Assembly: GCF_963921235.1 (NCBI RefSeq)
Contig: NC_086107.1
Coordinates: forward strand, 114,020,001-114,084,000
DNA length: 64,000 nt
Reading direction: 5' to 3'
Source of the DNA: Mobula hypostoma
Taxonomy: Eukaryota
The notes under the pieces: generated by a model
The model's database searches: none
What the model was told of the DNA's origin: nothing
What the model saw: the letters and a program-made list of their open reading frames with translations, nothing else
In this document: positions 37,301 to 49,559 of the stretch, piece by piece
How positions within the stretch are numbered: the first letter of the stretch is position 1
Layout of the letters: each line of letters starts with the position of its first letter
Made by a program: the position numbers and the translations under genes

Positions 37301-40300
37301 CTCCACTCGGAGAAACAATTCTCTACTACCACTCTTTGGCTTCTTCCATTGAGCCAATGTCTGATCCAATTTACCACCTCTCCATGTATACCTAGCGACT
37401 GAATTTTCCTAACTAACCTCCCATGCGGGACCTTGTCAAAGGCCTTACTGAAATCCATGTAGACAATATCCACTGCCTTCCCTTCATCCACTTTCCTGGT
37501 AACCTCCTCAAAAAACTCCAATAGATTGGTCAAACATGACCTGCCACGCACAAAGCCATGTTGACTCTCCCTAATAGTCCCTGTCTATCCAAATGCTTGT
37601 AGATTCTGTCTCTTAGTACTCCCTCCAATTACTTACCTACCACCAACGTTAAACTTACCGGCCTATAATTTCCTGGATTACTGTTCGATCCTTTTTTAAA
37701 CAACGGAACAACATGAGCCACTCTCCAGTCCTCTAGCACCTCACCTGTAGACAGCGACATTTTAAATATTTCTGCCAGGGCCCCTGCAATTTCAACACCA
37801 GTCTCCTTCAAAGTCCGAGGGAACACCCTGTCAGGTCCCGGGGATTTATCCACTTTAATTTTCCTCAAGACAGCAAGGACCTCCTCCTTTTCGAACTATA
37901 CAGTTTCCATGATCTCACTACTTGTTTCCCCTACTTCCATAGACTTCATGCCAGTTTCCTTAGTAAATACAGACGCAAAAAACCTATTTAAGATCTCCCC
38001 CATTTCCTTTGGTTCCACACATAGGCGACCACTCTGATCTTTAAGAGGACCAATTTTATCCCTTACAATCCTTTTGCTCTTAACATACCTGTAAAAGCTG
38101 TTTGGATTATCCTTCACTTTGACTGCCAATGCAACCTCATGTCTTCTTTTAGCACTCCTGATTTCTTTCTTAAGTATTTTCTTGCACTTCTTATACTTCT
38201 CAAGCACCTTATTTACTCCCTGCTTCCTATACATGTCATACAATTCCCTCTTCTTCTTTATCAGAGTTGCAATATCCCTTGAGAACCAAGGTTCCTTATT
38301 CCTATTCACTTTGCCTTTAATCCTGACAGGAACATACAAATTCTGCGCTCTCAAAATTTCTCCTTTGAAGGCTTCCCACCTACCGATCACATCTTTGCCA
38401 GAGAACAACCTGTCCCAATCCACGCTTTTTAGATCCTTTCTCATTTCTTCAAATTTGGCCTTCTTCCAGTTAAGAACCTCAACCCTAGGACCAGATCTAT
38501 CCTTGTCCATGATCAAGTTGAAACTAATGGTGTTATGATCACTGGAACCAAAGTGCTCCCCTACACAGACTTCCGTCACTTGTCCTAACTCGTTTCCTAA
38601 CAGGAGATCCAATATTGCATCCCCTCTAGTTGGTCCCTCTATATATTGATGTAGAAAACTTTCCTGAACACATTTTACAAACTCTAAACCATCTAGACCC
38701 CTAACAGTATGGGAGTTCCAATCAATATATGGAAAATTAAAATCCCCTACCACCACAACTTTATGTTTCCTGCAGTTGCTTGCTATCTCCCTGCAGATTT
38801 GCTCTTCCAATTCTCGTTGACTATTGGGTGGTCTGTAATACAATCCCACTAATGTGGCCATACCTTTCCTGTTTCTCAGCTCCACCCATAAGGACTCAGT
38901 AGACAAGCCCTTTAATCTGTCCTGCCTGAGCACTGCTGTAATATTTTCCCTAACAAGCAATGCTACTCCCCCACCTTTCATTCTTCTGCCTCGATCACAT
39001 CTGAAACATCGGAACCCTGGAATATTAAGCTGCCAGTCCTGCCCCTCCTGTAGCCAAGTTTCACTAATTGCTATAACGTCATAATTCCACGTGTCAATCC
39101 ACGCCCTCAACTCATCCACCTTCCCCGCAATACTCCTAGCATTGAAATATATACACCTCAGGAGATTTTTACCACCACTCACAACCTTTCTATTAGCGAA
39201 TTTGCTTGAACTTTTAACATCATTTATTTTCACCCCAGCCACACTGTCAGCTCTGGCACTCTGGTTCCCATCCCCCTGCAAATCTAGTTTAAAGCCTCCC
39301 CAACAGCACTAACAAACCTCCCTGAAAGGATATTGGTCCCCCTGTAGTTCAAGTGTAACCCGTCTCTCTTGTACAGGTCCCACCTGCCCCAGAAGAGGTC
39401 CCAATTATCCTGAAATCTGAAACCCTGCCCCCTACACCAGTTCCTCAGCACTTGTTCATCCTCCAGAGCATCCTATTCCTACCCTCACTGGCACCTACCA
39501 CAGGTAGCAATCCTGAGATTACCACCCTCGAGGTCTTGCTTTTCAACTTCCTACCAAGCTCTCTATACTCACTCTCCAGGACCTCCTCACTCTTCCTTGC
39601 TATGTCATTGGTACCGATGTGCACCACAACATCTGGCTGATCACCCTCCCACTTCAGAATGTCATGCAATTGTTCAGAGACATCCTTGACCCTGGCATCC
39701 GGGAGGCAACAAACCATCCTGGATTCTCTGTCACGACCACAGAACCTCCTATCTGCACCTCTAACTATCGAGTCCCCTATCACTACCGCTCTCCTCTTTC
39801 TCCCCTCCCTTCTGCACTGCAGAGCCAGACTCAGTGCCAGAGATCCGGCTACTGCAGCTAGTCCCAGGTAAGTCATCCCCCCCAACAGTATCCAATGCGG
39901 TATACTTGTTGTTGAGGGGAATGGCCACAGGGGAACCCTGCTCTGCCTGCCCTTTCCTCTTCCCTCGCCTGACAGTGACCCAATTTCCTGTCCTCTGCTC
40001 CTTTGGCGTAACTACCTCCCTGTAGCTACTATCTATAATCTCCTCATTCTCCCGAATGATCCGCAGGTCATCCAGCTCCTGCTCCAGTTCCCTAACGCAG
40101 TTTGTTAGGAGCTGCAGCTGGATGTACTTCTTGCAGGTGTCGTTGTCAGGGACACCGGAGGGCTCCCTGACTTCCCACATCCTGCAAGAGGAGCATTCCA
40201 ACTTCCTGCCTGGCATTCTCTCTACTCTAAACTATCTAAAAAAAAATATTTGCTATGAATGCTAGCATACCATTCGCCTTTTTCACCGCCTGCTGTACCT

Positions 40301-40590
40301 ACATGCCCACTTTCAAAGACTGGTGTATAATGACACCCAGGTCTCGTTGCACCTCCCCTTTTCCTAATCGGCCACCATTCAGATAATAATCTGTTTTCCT
40401 GTTTTTGCCACCAAAGTGGATAACTTCACATTTATCCACATTAAATTGCATCTGCCATGAATTTGCCCAATCACCTAACCTATCCAAGTCACCCTGCATC
40501 CTCTTAGCATCCTCCTCACAGCTAACACTGCCGCCCAGCTTCGTGTCATCCACAAACTTGGAGATGCTGCATTTAATTCCCTCATCTAAG
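29772..40590 (+). repeat. Near-identical tandem segmental duplication of ~10467-21271 (period ~19.3 kb)
   Basis: Identical ORF translations at offsets of 19305-19332 (e.g. 11862/31193, 18578/37896). Includes the hAT left end (35295), the CR1-A 3' part and CR1-B. Confidence 0.95.
36272..40249 (-). mobile_element. Duplicate copy of CR1-B
   Basis: Same ORF pieces (37896-39281, 36778-37551, 39761-40216). Confidence 0.9.
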
Positions 40591-42180
40591 CCCAGGTCAC
40601 CTTCAGCCAGATGTCTGTCCTGTTTCCAGGCCGAGCTGAGCCCACCTGCTCGGGCGCCAATTCCTGAGTGAGGGAGTGTGTGGTGGGGTCTGGGCTGTCC
40701 ATTCATGGTGCTAATTTCGCAATCCCAGGCCGTTTCCCAGACTCACAGGCTGTTTCTAGAGATGAGGCACATTGGGAAAGTGAGAGTCCTCTGGCACCCA
40801 GTGGGCAATGGGTGGGGGTGGGGTTGCTCTGTTGGTAAAAAATGAAATCAAAGTCTTAGAAAGAGGTGACATAGGATCGGAAGTTGTAGAATCGTTGTGG
40901 GTAGAGTTAAGAAAGTGCAACGGTGGAAAGACCCTGATAGGATTTATACATATAGGCCTCGAACAATAGCCGGGTTGTGGGATATAAAATTCAACAGGAA
41001 ATAGAAAAGGCTTGTAACAGCGCCTGGAGAGAGGAGTTGGCCACATTTGTCTGGAAGGGGACATTAGCAGGGATGATGCCAGAACAACAATGTCTGGAGT
41101 TTCTGGGGGCAATTTGGAAGGAGCAGATCAATCACAATGACGAAGAAGTATTCTAAAAAGAATATAATGCAACCATGGCTGACAAGGGATGTCAAAGTCA
41201 AAAAGAGGACACATAATGTAACAAGAAATAGTGGGAAGCTTTTCTGAGGATTTGGAAGTTTTGAAAACCAATAGAATGCAACGAAAAACAAATATATATA
41301 TGGAGCAAAAAGATTAAATATGAAAGCAAGCTAGGCAATAACATCAAAGAGGATACAAAGATTTTTCATACATATGAAGAGTAAAAGAGCAGATATTGGA
41401 CTACTGGAAAATAATGCTGGAGTAGTGGTAATGAGAGACAAAGAAATGGCGAACGAATTTAATAAATATTTTGCATCAGTCTTCACTGTGGCAAACACTA
41501 GCAGAATGCCAAAAATGCAAGTGTCAAGGGACAGAAGAGAGTGCTTGCGAAGCTGAAAGTTCTGAAGGTAGATAAGTCACCTGGACCAGATGGACTTCAT
41601 CCCAGGGTTCTGAAGGAATTTAGTGAAAAGATTGTGGAGGCATTAGTAATGATCTTTCAAAAACCACTAGAATCTGGAATGGTTCTGGAGGACAGGAAAA
41701 TTGCAAATGTCACTCCACACTTTAAGAAGGGAGAGAGGCAGAAGAAAGGAAATTATAGTCCTGTTAGCCTGACTTCAGTGGTTGGTAAGATATTTGAGTC
41801 TATTATTCAGGGCGAGGTTTCGACGTACTTGGAAGCACATGATAAAATAGACCAAAGACAGCATGGTTTCCTTAAGGGGAAATCTTGTCTGACAATTCCA
41901 TTAGAATTCCTTCAGGAAATAACAGGCAGGATAGACAAAGGAGGGTCAGGTTTATTATCACTGGTATATGTCACGAAATTTGTTAACTTAGCAGCAGCAG
42001 TACAATGCAATACATGACAATTCAGAGAAAAATAAGTACATCAATGACAGTAAGTATATAAAAGTATATTAAACAGTTAAATTTAAAATAGTGCAAAAAC
42101 AGAAATAATATGTATTTTAAAGAGTGAGGAACTGTTCATGGGTTCAATGCCCATTTAGGAATCAGATAGCAGAGGGGAAG
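40591..42180 (+). repeat. Older, diverged inverted paralogue of 11688-13275 (U2 end + CR1 fragment + LINE tail)
   Basis: ORF 41541..42017(+) matches 11862..12326(-) with multiple substitutions and the same chimeric junctions. Confidence 0.9.
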
Positions 42181-42314
42181 AAGTTGTCCCTGAAACTCTG
42201 AGTGTCTGCTTCAGGCTTCTGTATCTCCTTCCTGACAGTAACAATGAGAAGAGGAAATGTGTTGGGTGATGGGGGTCCTTAATAATGGACACCGCTCCTC
42301 GATACCACGGAGGC

Positions 42315-43230
42315 CTGTGTCCAAGGTTCCACACATGAGGCTGCTTAACAAGGTAAGAGCCCATGGTATTACAGGAAAGATATTAGCATGGATAGAACAT
42401 TGGCTGCCTGGCAGGAGGCAAAGAGTTAGAATAAAGGGAGCCTTTTCTGGTTGGCTGCTGGTAATTGATGGTATTCCACGGGGGTCAGTGTTGTGACAGC
42501 TACTTTTCACATGTTATGGCAATGATTTAGATGAAGCAATTGATGGCTTTGTGGCCCAGTCTGCGGACGATATGAAGACAGGTGGAAAGGCAGGTAGTGT
42601 GAAGGAAGCAGGGTGTCTGAAAAAGGTCTTAGACTGATTGGGAGAATGGGCAAAGAATTGGCAGATGGAATATAATAAGAACATGAGATATAGGAGCACA
42701 ATTGGGCCATTCGGCCTATTGAGTCAACTCCACCTTTTCATCATGGCTCATCCATTTTCCCTCTCAGCCCCAATCTCCTACCTTCTCCCCGTATCAATTC
42801 ATGCCCTGACCAATAAGGACTCTGTAAACCTCTGCCTTAAATATACATAAAGACTTGGCATCCACAGCTGCCTGTGCCAACAAATTCCACAGTTTCACTC
42901 ACTCTCGGGCTAAAGAAATTCCTCTTCATCTGCATTCTAAATGGATGTCCCTCCATTCTAAGGCTGCATCCTCTGATTTTAGACTCAAACACCAGAGGAA
43001 ATATAGAAAGCCTTGGTTTGGCCACATTTGGTGTGCTGTGCTGGTGCCCCGATTTGCAAGAAGGGTGTGGAGATTTTGGAGAGGGTGCTGAAGAGGTTCC
43101 CCAGAATGCAGCCTGGATTGGCGAGGAAGACAAACTTGGGTTGTTTTCTATGGAGTGTCAGAGGCTGACAGGTGACCTGATAGAAATATATAAAATCATC
43201 GGAAGAATAGATGGGATACATGGTCAGAGT
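42315..43230. mobile_element. CR1 fragments (mixed orientation)
   Basis: PHMRLLNKVRAHGITGKILAWIEHWL and GDLIEIYKII pieces. A minus-strand 3' end lies at ~42675-43000. Confidence 0.75.
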
Positions 43231-43234
43231 CTTT

Positions 43235-43632
43235 CTTACTTACTGACTGCCCGTTACACCACTGGTGTTTCAGGCAGCAATGAAGGTTCCCCATCTCTGG
43301 TGGTGTTCAGGGCTTCCTTCATCATGCCGGTGGCTTCCTCTCGGTTTTCACTACTGTCACTCATGTAAGTCTCGGGGTGGAGACTCAGGAATACCGTCAC
43401 AGTCAGATGTAGAAAGGCTCTTCACTGCTGTTTCTGTAACAGTTCTGTTTGATCAGCCAGGGTTGTCAGTGGACCACTCTTAGTCTGGCCTCTACCCTTT
43501 GACCTGTTTGCTATGGGTGACCCCACCAAAAGCCAAAGCATAAAGCCCTGACTCCAGCCAGAGTAGCTCTCTGGGTCATTAGGGCACGCAAGCTACCAAA
43601 CCCTTCGACAGGGTCATGGTCGTCTTGGAGGA
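43235..43632 (-). mobile_element. ~400-bp RTE-type non-autonomous retroelement
   Basis: Second copy at 46915-47335. (taag)n-like tail. The minus-strand 5' end resembles RTE/Expander 5' UTRs (recall). Confidence 0.6.
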
Positions 43633-43949
43633 GAGTCTTTCTTCCCCTTGATGGAAATGTCAGGTACTAGAGGGCATAGGTTTAGGGTGAGTGGGCAAAG
43701 CTGATGGATCGAAGCACCTGTTCCTTCTGTGTTCTAAAGAAACTCCCTCAATCGGGAGAGTGGAACAGAGATAATGTTTTAGACCAGGAACGGAAGGGCC
43801 TTTAACTGGGAATATTACTTCTGTTACTTCGATAGGGGCACTGGACTGCGAAATTCAGTCTAGATTGCAGAGTAAATATAATGTACAGAGTGTTGATGGT
43901 GACGTGGTAGCAGCAGTCATCACAGCCCAGAGTTGTACTTTGTGATAGA

Positions 43950-45506
43950 AAACCATAGAAACTACAGCACAAAAACAGGCCTTTTGGCCCTTCTTGGCTG
44001 TGCCGAACCATTTTCTGCCCAATCCCACTGACCTGCACACGGACCATATCCCTCCATACACCTCCCATCCATGTATCTGTCCAATTTATTCTTAAATGTT
44101 AAAAAGGAACCCGCATTTACCACCTCGTCTGGCAGCTCATTCCATACTTCCACCACTCTCTGTGTGAAGAAGCCCCCCCTAATGTTCCCTTTAAACTTTT
44201 CCCCTCTCACCCTTAACCCATGTCCTCTGGTTTTTTTCTCCCCTTGCCTCAGTGGAAAAAGCCTGCTTTCATTCACTCTATCTATACTCATCATAATTTT
44301 ATATACCTCTGTCAAATCCCCCTTCATTCTTCTACGCTCCAGGGAATAAAGTCCTAACCTATTCAACCTTTCTCTGTAACTGAGTTTCTCAAGTCCCGGC
44401 ACCATCCTTGTAAAACTTCTCTGCACTCTTTCAACCTTATTTATATCCTTCCTGTAATTTGGTGACCAAAACTGAACACAATACTCCAGATTCAGCCTCA
44501 CCAATGCCTTATACAACCTCATCATAACATTCCAGCTCTTATACTCAATACTATGATTAATAAAGGCCAATGTACCAAAAGCTCTCTTTACGACCCTATC
44601 TACCTGTGAAGCTACTTTTAGGGAATTTTGTATCTGTATTCCCAGATCACTCCGTTCCACTGCACTCCTCAGTGCCTTACCATTAACCCTGTATGTTCTA
44701 CCTTGGTTTGTCCTTCCAACGTGCAATACCTCACACTTGTCTGTATTAAACTCCATCTGCCATTTTTCAGCCCATTTTTCCAGCTGGTCCAATTTCCTCT
44801 GCAGGCTCTGAAAACCTTCCTCGCTGTCTACTACACCTCCAATCTTTGTATCATCAGCAAATTTGCTGATCCAATTTACCACATTATCATCCAGATCATT
44901 GATATAGATGACAAATAACAATGGACCCAGCACTGATCCCTGTGGCACACCACTAGTCACAGGCCTCCACTCTGAGAAGCAATCCTCCACTACCACTCTT
45001 TGGCTTCTTCCATTGAGCCAATGTCTAATCCAATTTACCACCTCTCCATGTATACCTAGCGACTGAATTTTCCGAACTAACCTCCCATGCGGGACCTTGT
45101 CAAAGGCTTTACTGAAGTCCATGTAGACAATATCCACTGCCTTCCCTTCATCCATTTTCCTGGTAACCTCCGCGAAAAACTCAAATAGATTGGTCAAACA
45201 TGACCTACCACGCACAAAGCCATGTTGACTCTCCCTAATAGTCCCTGTCTATCCAAATGCTTGTAGATTCTGTCTCTTAGTACTCCCTCCAATAACTTAC
45301 CTACTACCGACGTTAAACTTACTGGCCTAGAATTTCCCAGATTACTTTTCGATCCTTTTTTAAACAACGGAACAACATGAGCCACTCTCCAATCCTCCGG
45401 CACCTCACCTGTAGACAATGACATTTTAAATATTTCTGCCAGGGCCCCTGCAATTTCAACACTAGTCTCCTTCAAGGTCCGAGGGTACACCCTGTCAGGT
45501 CCCGGG
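43950..45506 (-). mobile_element. 5'-truncated CR1 of the CR1-B subfamily (417-aa RT/C-terminal ORF 43962-45215)
   Basis: High similarity to 16970-18525, with a different 3' flank. Confidence 0.9.
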
Positions 45507-45524
45507 AGGCTTCACATCACCTTC

Positions 45525-45569
<45 letters not shown>

Positions 45570-46612
45570 CTATCTGTCTCTCTGTCTGTGTGTTTGAACA
45601 TCTACACACATTTCTCTGCCAGTGTTTGAGTGTGTACACCCAGGTCTCTCTGGAGCTCTCAATCTGAGTGACTGTGTACATTTCAGGTCCTTATGGGTCC
45701 TTATGAAAATTATATTTCAATGTTCAATTCAAAGAACATTCTAGAGAAGAGTTTAACACCTGGTACCAAGAACAGTGTTACACCACAGAGAGTGAGCGAT
45801 GGAGATTGTGATCAGATATCACACTTGCCTGGACTCTGTACAGACTGGGTTCTCATATCACAAGACTCAAATTATCACACATCAGTGTCCTGGCTGAAAG
45901 AACAGAAAATGCTTTATGGATGCAATTTCCCCATCAAACCCCTTGTTCAGAAGGTTATCCTCAGTAACAAACCCTTTTTAGGCGGGGCTTCACATCAGAA
46001 GACATCCCAATTAAAGATGACAACACTCATTAACAGAGACCCCATTTAGAGACACCTCCCATAAATTGTGAGCCTGTTTTAAAGATGAAATGCCTCCACA
46101 TGAGACACCAAATTTTATGCTGAAGCCATTTGAAAATGAAAAGTGACAGAGAAATCCCAACGGTGACTCGTAGCAGTTAGACTACCAAACATTCACCAGT
46201 GTCTCTCAGTCCCTCTCTCTCAGGGGGAGATCCGTAAACTGACCAATGTCTCTCAGTCTCTCCCTCAGGGACAGATCTGTACACTGACCGGTGTCTCTCA
46301 GTCCCTCTCTCTCAGGGGGAGATCTGTACACTGACCGGTGTCTCTCAATCCCTCTCTCTCTGGGGGAGATCTGTACACTGACCGGTGTCTCTCAGTCCCT
46401 CTCTGTCAAGGGGAGATCTGTACACTGACCGGTGTCTCTCAGTCTCTCTCTCAGGGACAGATCTGTACACTGACCGGTGTCTCTCAGTCCCTCTCTCTCA
46501 TGGGGAGATCTGTACACTGACCGGTGTCTCAGTCCCTCTCTCTCAGGGGAGATCTGTACACTGACTGGTGTCTCTCAGTCCCTCTCTCTCAGAGATCTAT
46601 ACACTGACCACT
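45507..46612 (+). repeat. Cassette S copy: (GT)n - U1 - ~9 units of the 47-bp minisatellite
   Basis: U1 is colinear with 8950-9645. 45 substitutions counted over 357 bp of 9064-9420 vs 45693-46049. Confidence 0.9.
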
Positions 46613-46914
46613 GGCTATCTATCTCTCTCAAGTTGTTGTACCATAGCTGCTTTTGTTTTCCTCACCCTTTCTTTTGGGGTTTAACTATGTGGTGTACTGA
46701 CAGCTCTGTGGCTGTCCCGTCTGTTACCTCATCCTCACTTTGCTTTTCACGGTTTGGGTCTTAACACCAAGGCTTCGCATCGGAGATGCATTCTCATGAG
46801 CAATCATACCTCCCTGGTATGGAGATAGTTCTGGGTTTGTCCCAGAGTCAGCAAACTTGTTGCTTGTCACACTGGGTGACTGACCTTGGCTTGGGTCCCA
46901 AGGACAACTGGGCT

Positions 46915-47335
46915 TACTGACTTACCTCCCGTTATGCCTCTGGCGTTTAGGGCAGCAATGAAGGTCCTCCATCTCTGGTGGTGTTCAGGGCTTCCTTCAT
47001 CATGCCGGTGGCTTCCTCTCGGTTTTCACTACTGTCACTCATGCAAGTCTCGGGGTGGAGACTCAGGAATACCGTCACACTCAGATGAAAGGATTCTTCG
47101 TTGCTGTTTCCGTAACAATTTTGTTTTGCCCATCAGGGATGTTAGCCCTGAGCTGACCCCCCGAACCAGGAGGACCTGTGGACCACTCTTCATCTGGTCT
47201 CTACCCTTTGACCTGTTTGGCATGGGCGACCCTATCAAGATCAAAGCATCCAGCCCTGACCCCAGCCAACATAGCCCTCTCGATCATTGAGGCATGCATC
47301 CTCCAAACCCTACAACGTGGTTGTGGTCCGCTTGA
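46915..47335 (-). mobile_element. RTE-type non-autonomous retroelement, second copy
   Basis: Colinear with 43235-43632 (shared AAMKV.HLWWCSGLPSSCRWLPLG translation). Confidence 0.6.
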
Positions 47336-47640
47336 ATGGACAACTGGGCTTGGAGAATCTTTTCCCATCAACATCATAGATATATGGAGTATGTTATACA
47401 GTACTAAAACAGGCCATTCAGCCCAATACATCATTGCTAACCAAGCTATCTGCACAACTTAATCCCATTTCCCCTCAATTGGCCCATGTCCCTCTAAAGC
47501 TTTTGGATCCTTGTTCCTGTCCAAATATCCTTATTTGTTATAATTGTACCACCTCGACCACTTCCTTTGCAGTTCGTTCCACCACCCTCTGCAGGAAAAT
47601 TTGACCCTCCTATCCCCTTTCAACCGTTCCACTCTCACCT

Positions 47641-47892
47641 GACAGTAGCGTAGTTGTTACAACAACACTTTACAGCTCCTGCAACCTGGGTTCAATGCCC
47701 ATCGCTACTTGTCAGGAGCTTGTACGTTCTCCCCATTACCATGTGGGTTTCCTCCCACAGTCTAAAGAAGTACCAGTTGGTAAGTTAACTGTCCCCTGAT
47801 TAGGCTAGGATTCAAATTGGGGTATTGCCAGGTGGTTTGACTCGAAGGTCTGGAAGGACCTATTCTGTGCTGGAGCTCAATCAGTAAATAAA
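47641..47892 (+). mobile_element. tRNA-derived V-SINE (HE1-like), inserted in a CR1 3' fragment (~47375-48170, minus)
   Basis: A-box-like tagcgtagttg, B-box gggttcaatgccc, V-domain-like tgtacgttctcccc..gtgggtttcctcccacag, and a taaataaa tail. Confidence 0.7.
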
Positions 47893-48178
47893 CCCATGGT
47901 GTTGAGTTTGAAACTCCACAACCCTGGGAAGAATACCATGACTATCTATCCTAACCATTCCCCTTGTGATTTTATAAAGTCACCCCTCAGCCTCTTTTGC
48001 TCCAGGGAAAACACTGCCAGCCTGAACAGTCCCTCCCTTTAACGCAAGTCCTCCAGTCCCAACAACATCCCGGTGAATCTTTCCTGCTCTCTCTTCTGCT
48101 TAATTACACCCTTCCTATAGCTGGGTAACCAGAACTGAGCACAATACTCAAAGTGCAGCCTCAACAACGACTTGAGGG

Positions 48179-49429
48179 CAACGTTCCCTCTGAGGTGTGT
48201 GCACGCACACATCTTTTGCTACTAGCGCTCAAAGGAATTTAAACTGCGCACAAAAGTTGTCCCCCTCTACCTCGTTGGCATGTAAAGTACATTTCACGAT
48301 TGTACACGATCACATTTCCTTTTCCGGTTTCTGATGCGGACAGTGTTGAAAACGTGGAGTTTGTGATGATTTGTCTGCAGATTTTAGAACTGGCTTATTT
48401 AGATTAGATTAGATAATGAGGACACGCAGTCCTCTTTTATTGTCATTTAGTAATGCATGCATTAAGAAATGATACAATGTTCCTCCAGAATGATATCATG
48501 AAACACAAAACAAACCAAGACTAAAAAAACCGACAAAAACCACATAATTATAACATATAGTTACAACAGTGCAAAGCAATACCGTAATTTGATAAAGAAC
48601 AGACCATGGGCACGGTAAAAAAAAAGTCTCAAAGTCTCTCGAGGTCCCATCATCTCACGCAGACGGTAGAAGGAAGAGAAACTCTCTCCCTGCCATGAGC
48701 TTTCAGCGCCACAAACTTGCCAATGCAGCACCCTGGAAGCACCCGACCACAGTCCGACTCTTGAGTCCGTCCAAAAACTTTGAGCCTCCGACCAGCTCTC
48801 CGACACCGAGCACCAAGCACCATCTCTGCCGAACGCTTCGACCCCAACACCGGCAACAGGCAATAGGCAAAGCCGAGGATTTGGGGCCTTACCTCCGGAG
48901 ATTCTTGATTGCACAGTAGCAGCAGCAGCGAAGTGGGCATTTCAGAAGTTTCTCCAGATGTTCCACCGTGCCTCTCACATCTGTCTCCATCAAATCAGGA
49001 TTGTGTACGGCCTCTATTTAACAAATACCATATCATTTTGGAGCGGCCGCGCGCGCTGCATCACGCCGCCATCTTCTCCTCTTTAACTATTTATGGTTTT
49101 ATTACTATTTATTATTTATGGTGCAACTGTAACGAAAACCAATTTCCCCCGGGATCAATAAAGTATGACTATGACTCCCCTCCTTTATTTATACTGTTTT
49201 TATCGAAGAAATTATTGATTCACTATGTCGAATTCCAAAGAAGCAAAGGGTGTGAAAGGGAAAAGAATGGCGAGTTCATTTAAAACAGAAAGGTTTGTTA
49301 TCGTCAGAATAGTTTCAGGTCTGTTTCCACTTAAAAATTCAGTGTGTGCACATTGTTGTCATTGGGCAAAGAATGGCAGAGCACAAGATTTTTGCACACA
49401 CTAGGCATTACAAATTCAAGGGAACAACG
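48179..49429 (+). mobile_element. hAT-derived MITE related to the 15977-24944 element (opposite orientation), with a nested SINE-like element 48399-49082 and a Rex1-like tail ~49083-49174
   Basis: TIRs caacgttccctctga / ttcaagggaacaacg. Subterminal blocks match the large hAT's ends (aaaggaatttaaactgcgcacaaaa vs aaaggaaattaatgtgcgcacaaaa). Decayed TSD cttgaggg/cctgtgtg. Confidence 0.7.
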
Positions 49430-49559
49430 CCTGTGTGGCTGTGACATGAAATTCCAGTCTGCAAGAAAGAGAGAGAGAGAGAGATCACCCCTGCAACACA
49501 ACATCTTTTGTCTTTGCAACCTTACTCACCAACCTATCTACTTTTGTCTCCATGTTATT

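Noticed and set aside
47641..47710. tRNA gene
   Set aside because: Only A/B-box remnants without a cloverleaf, followed by a SINE body.
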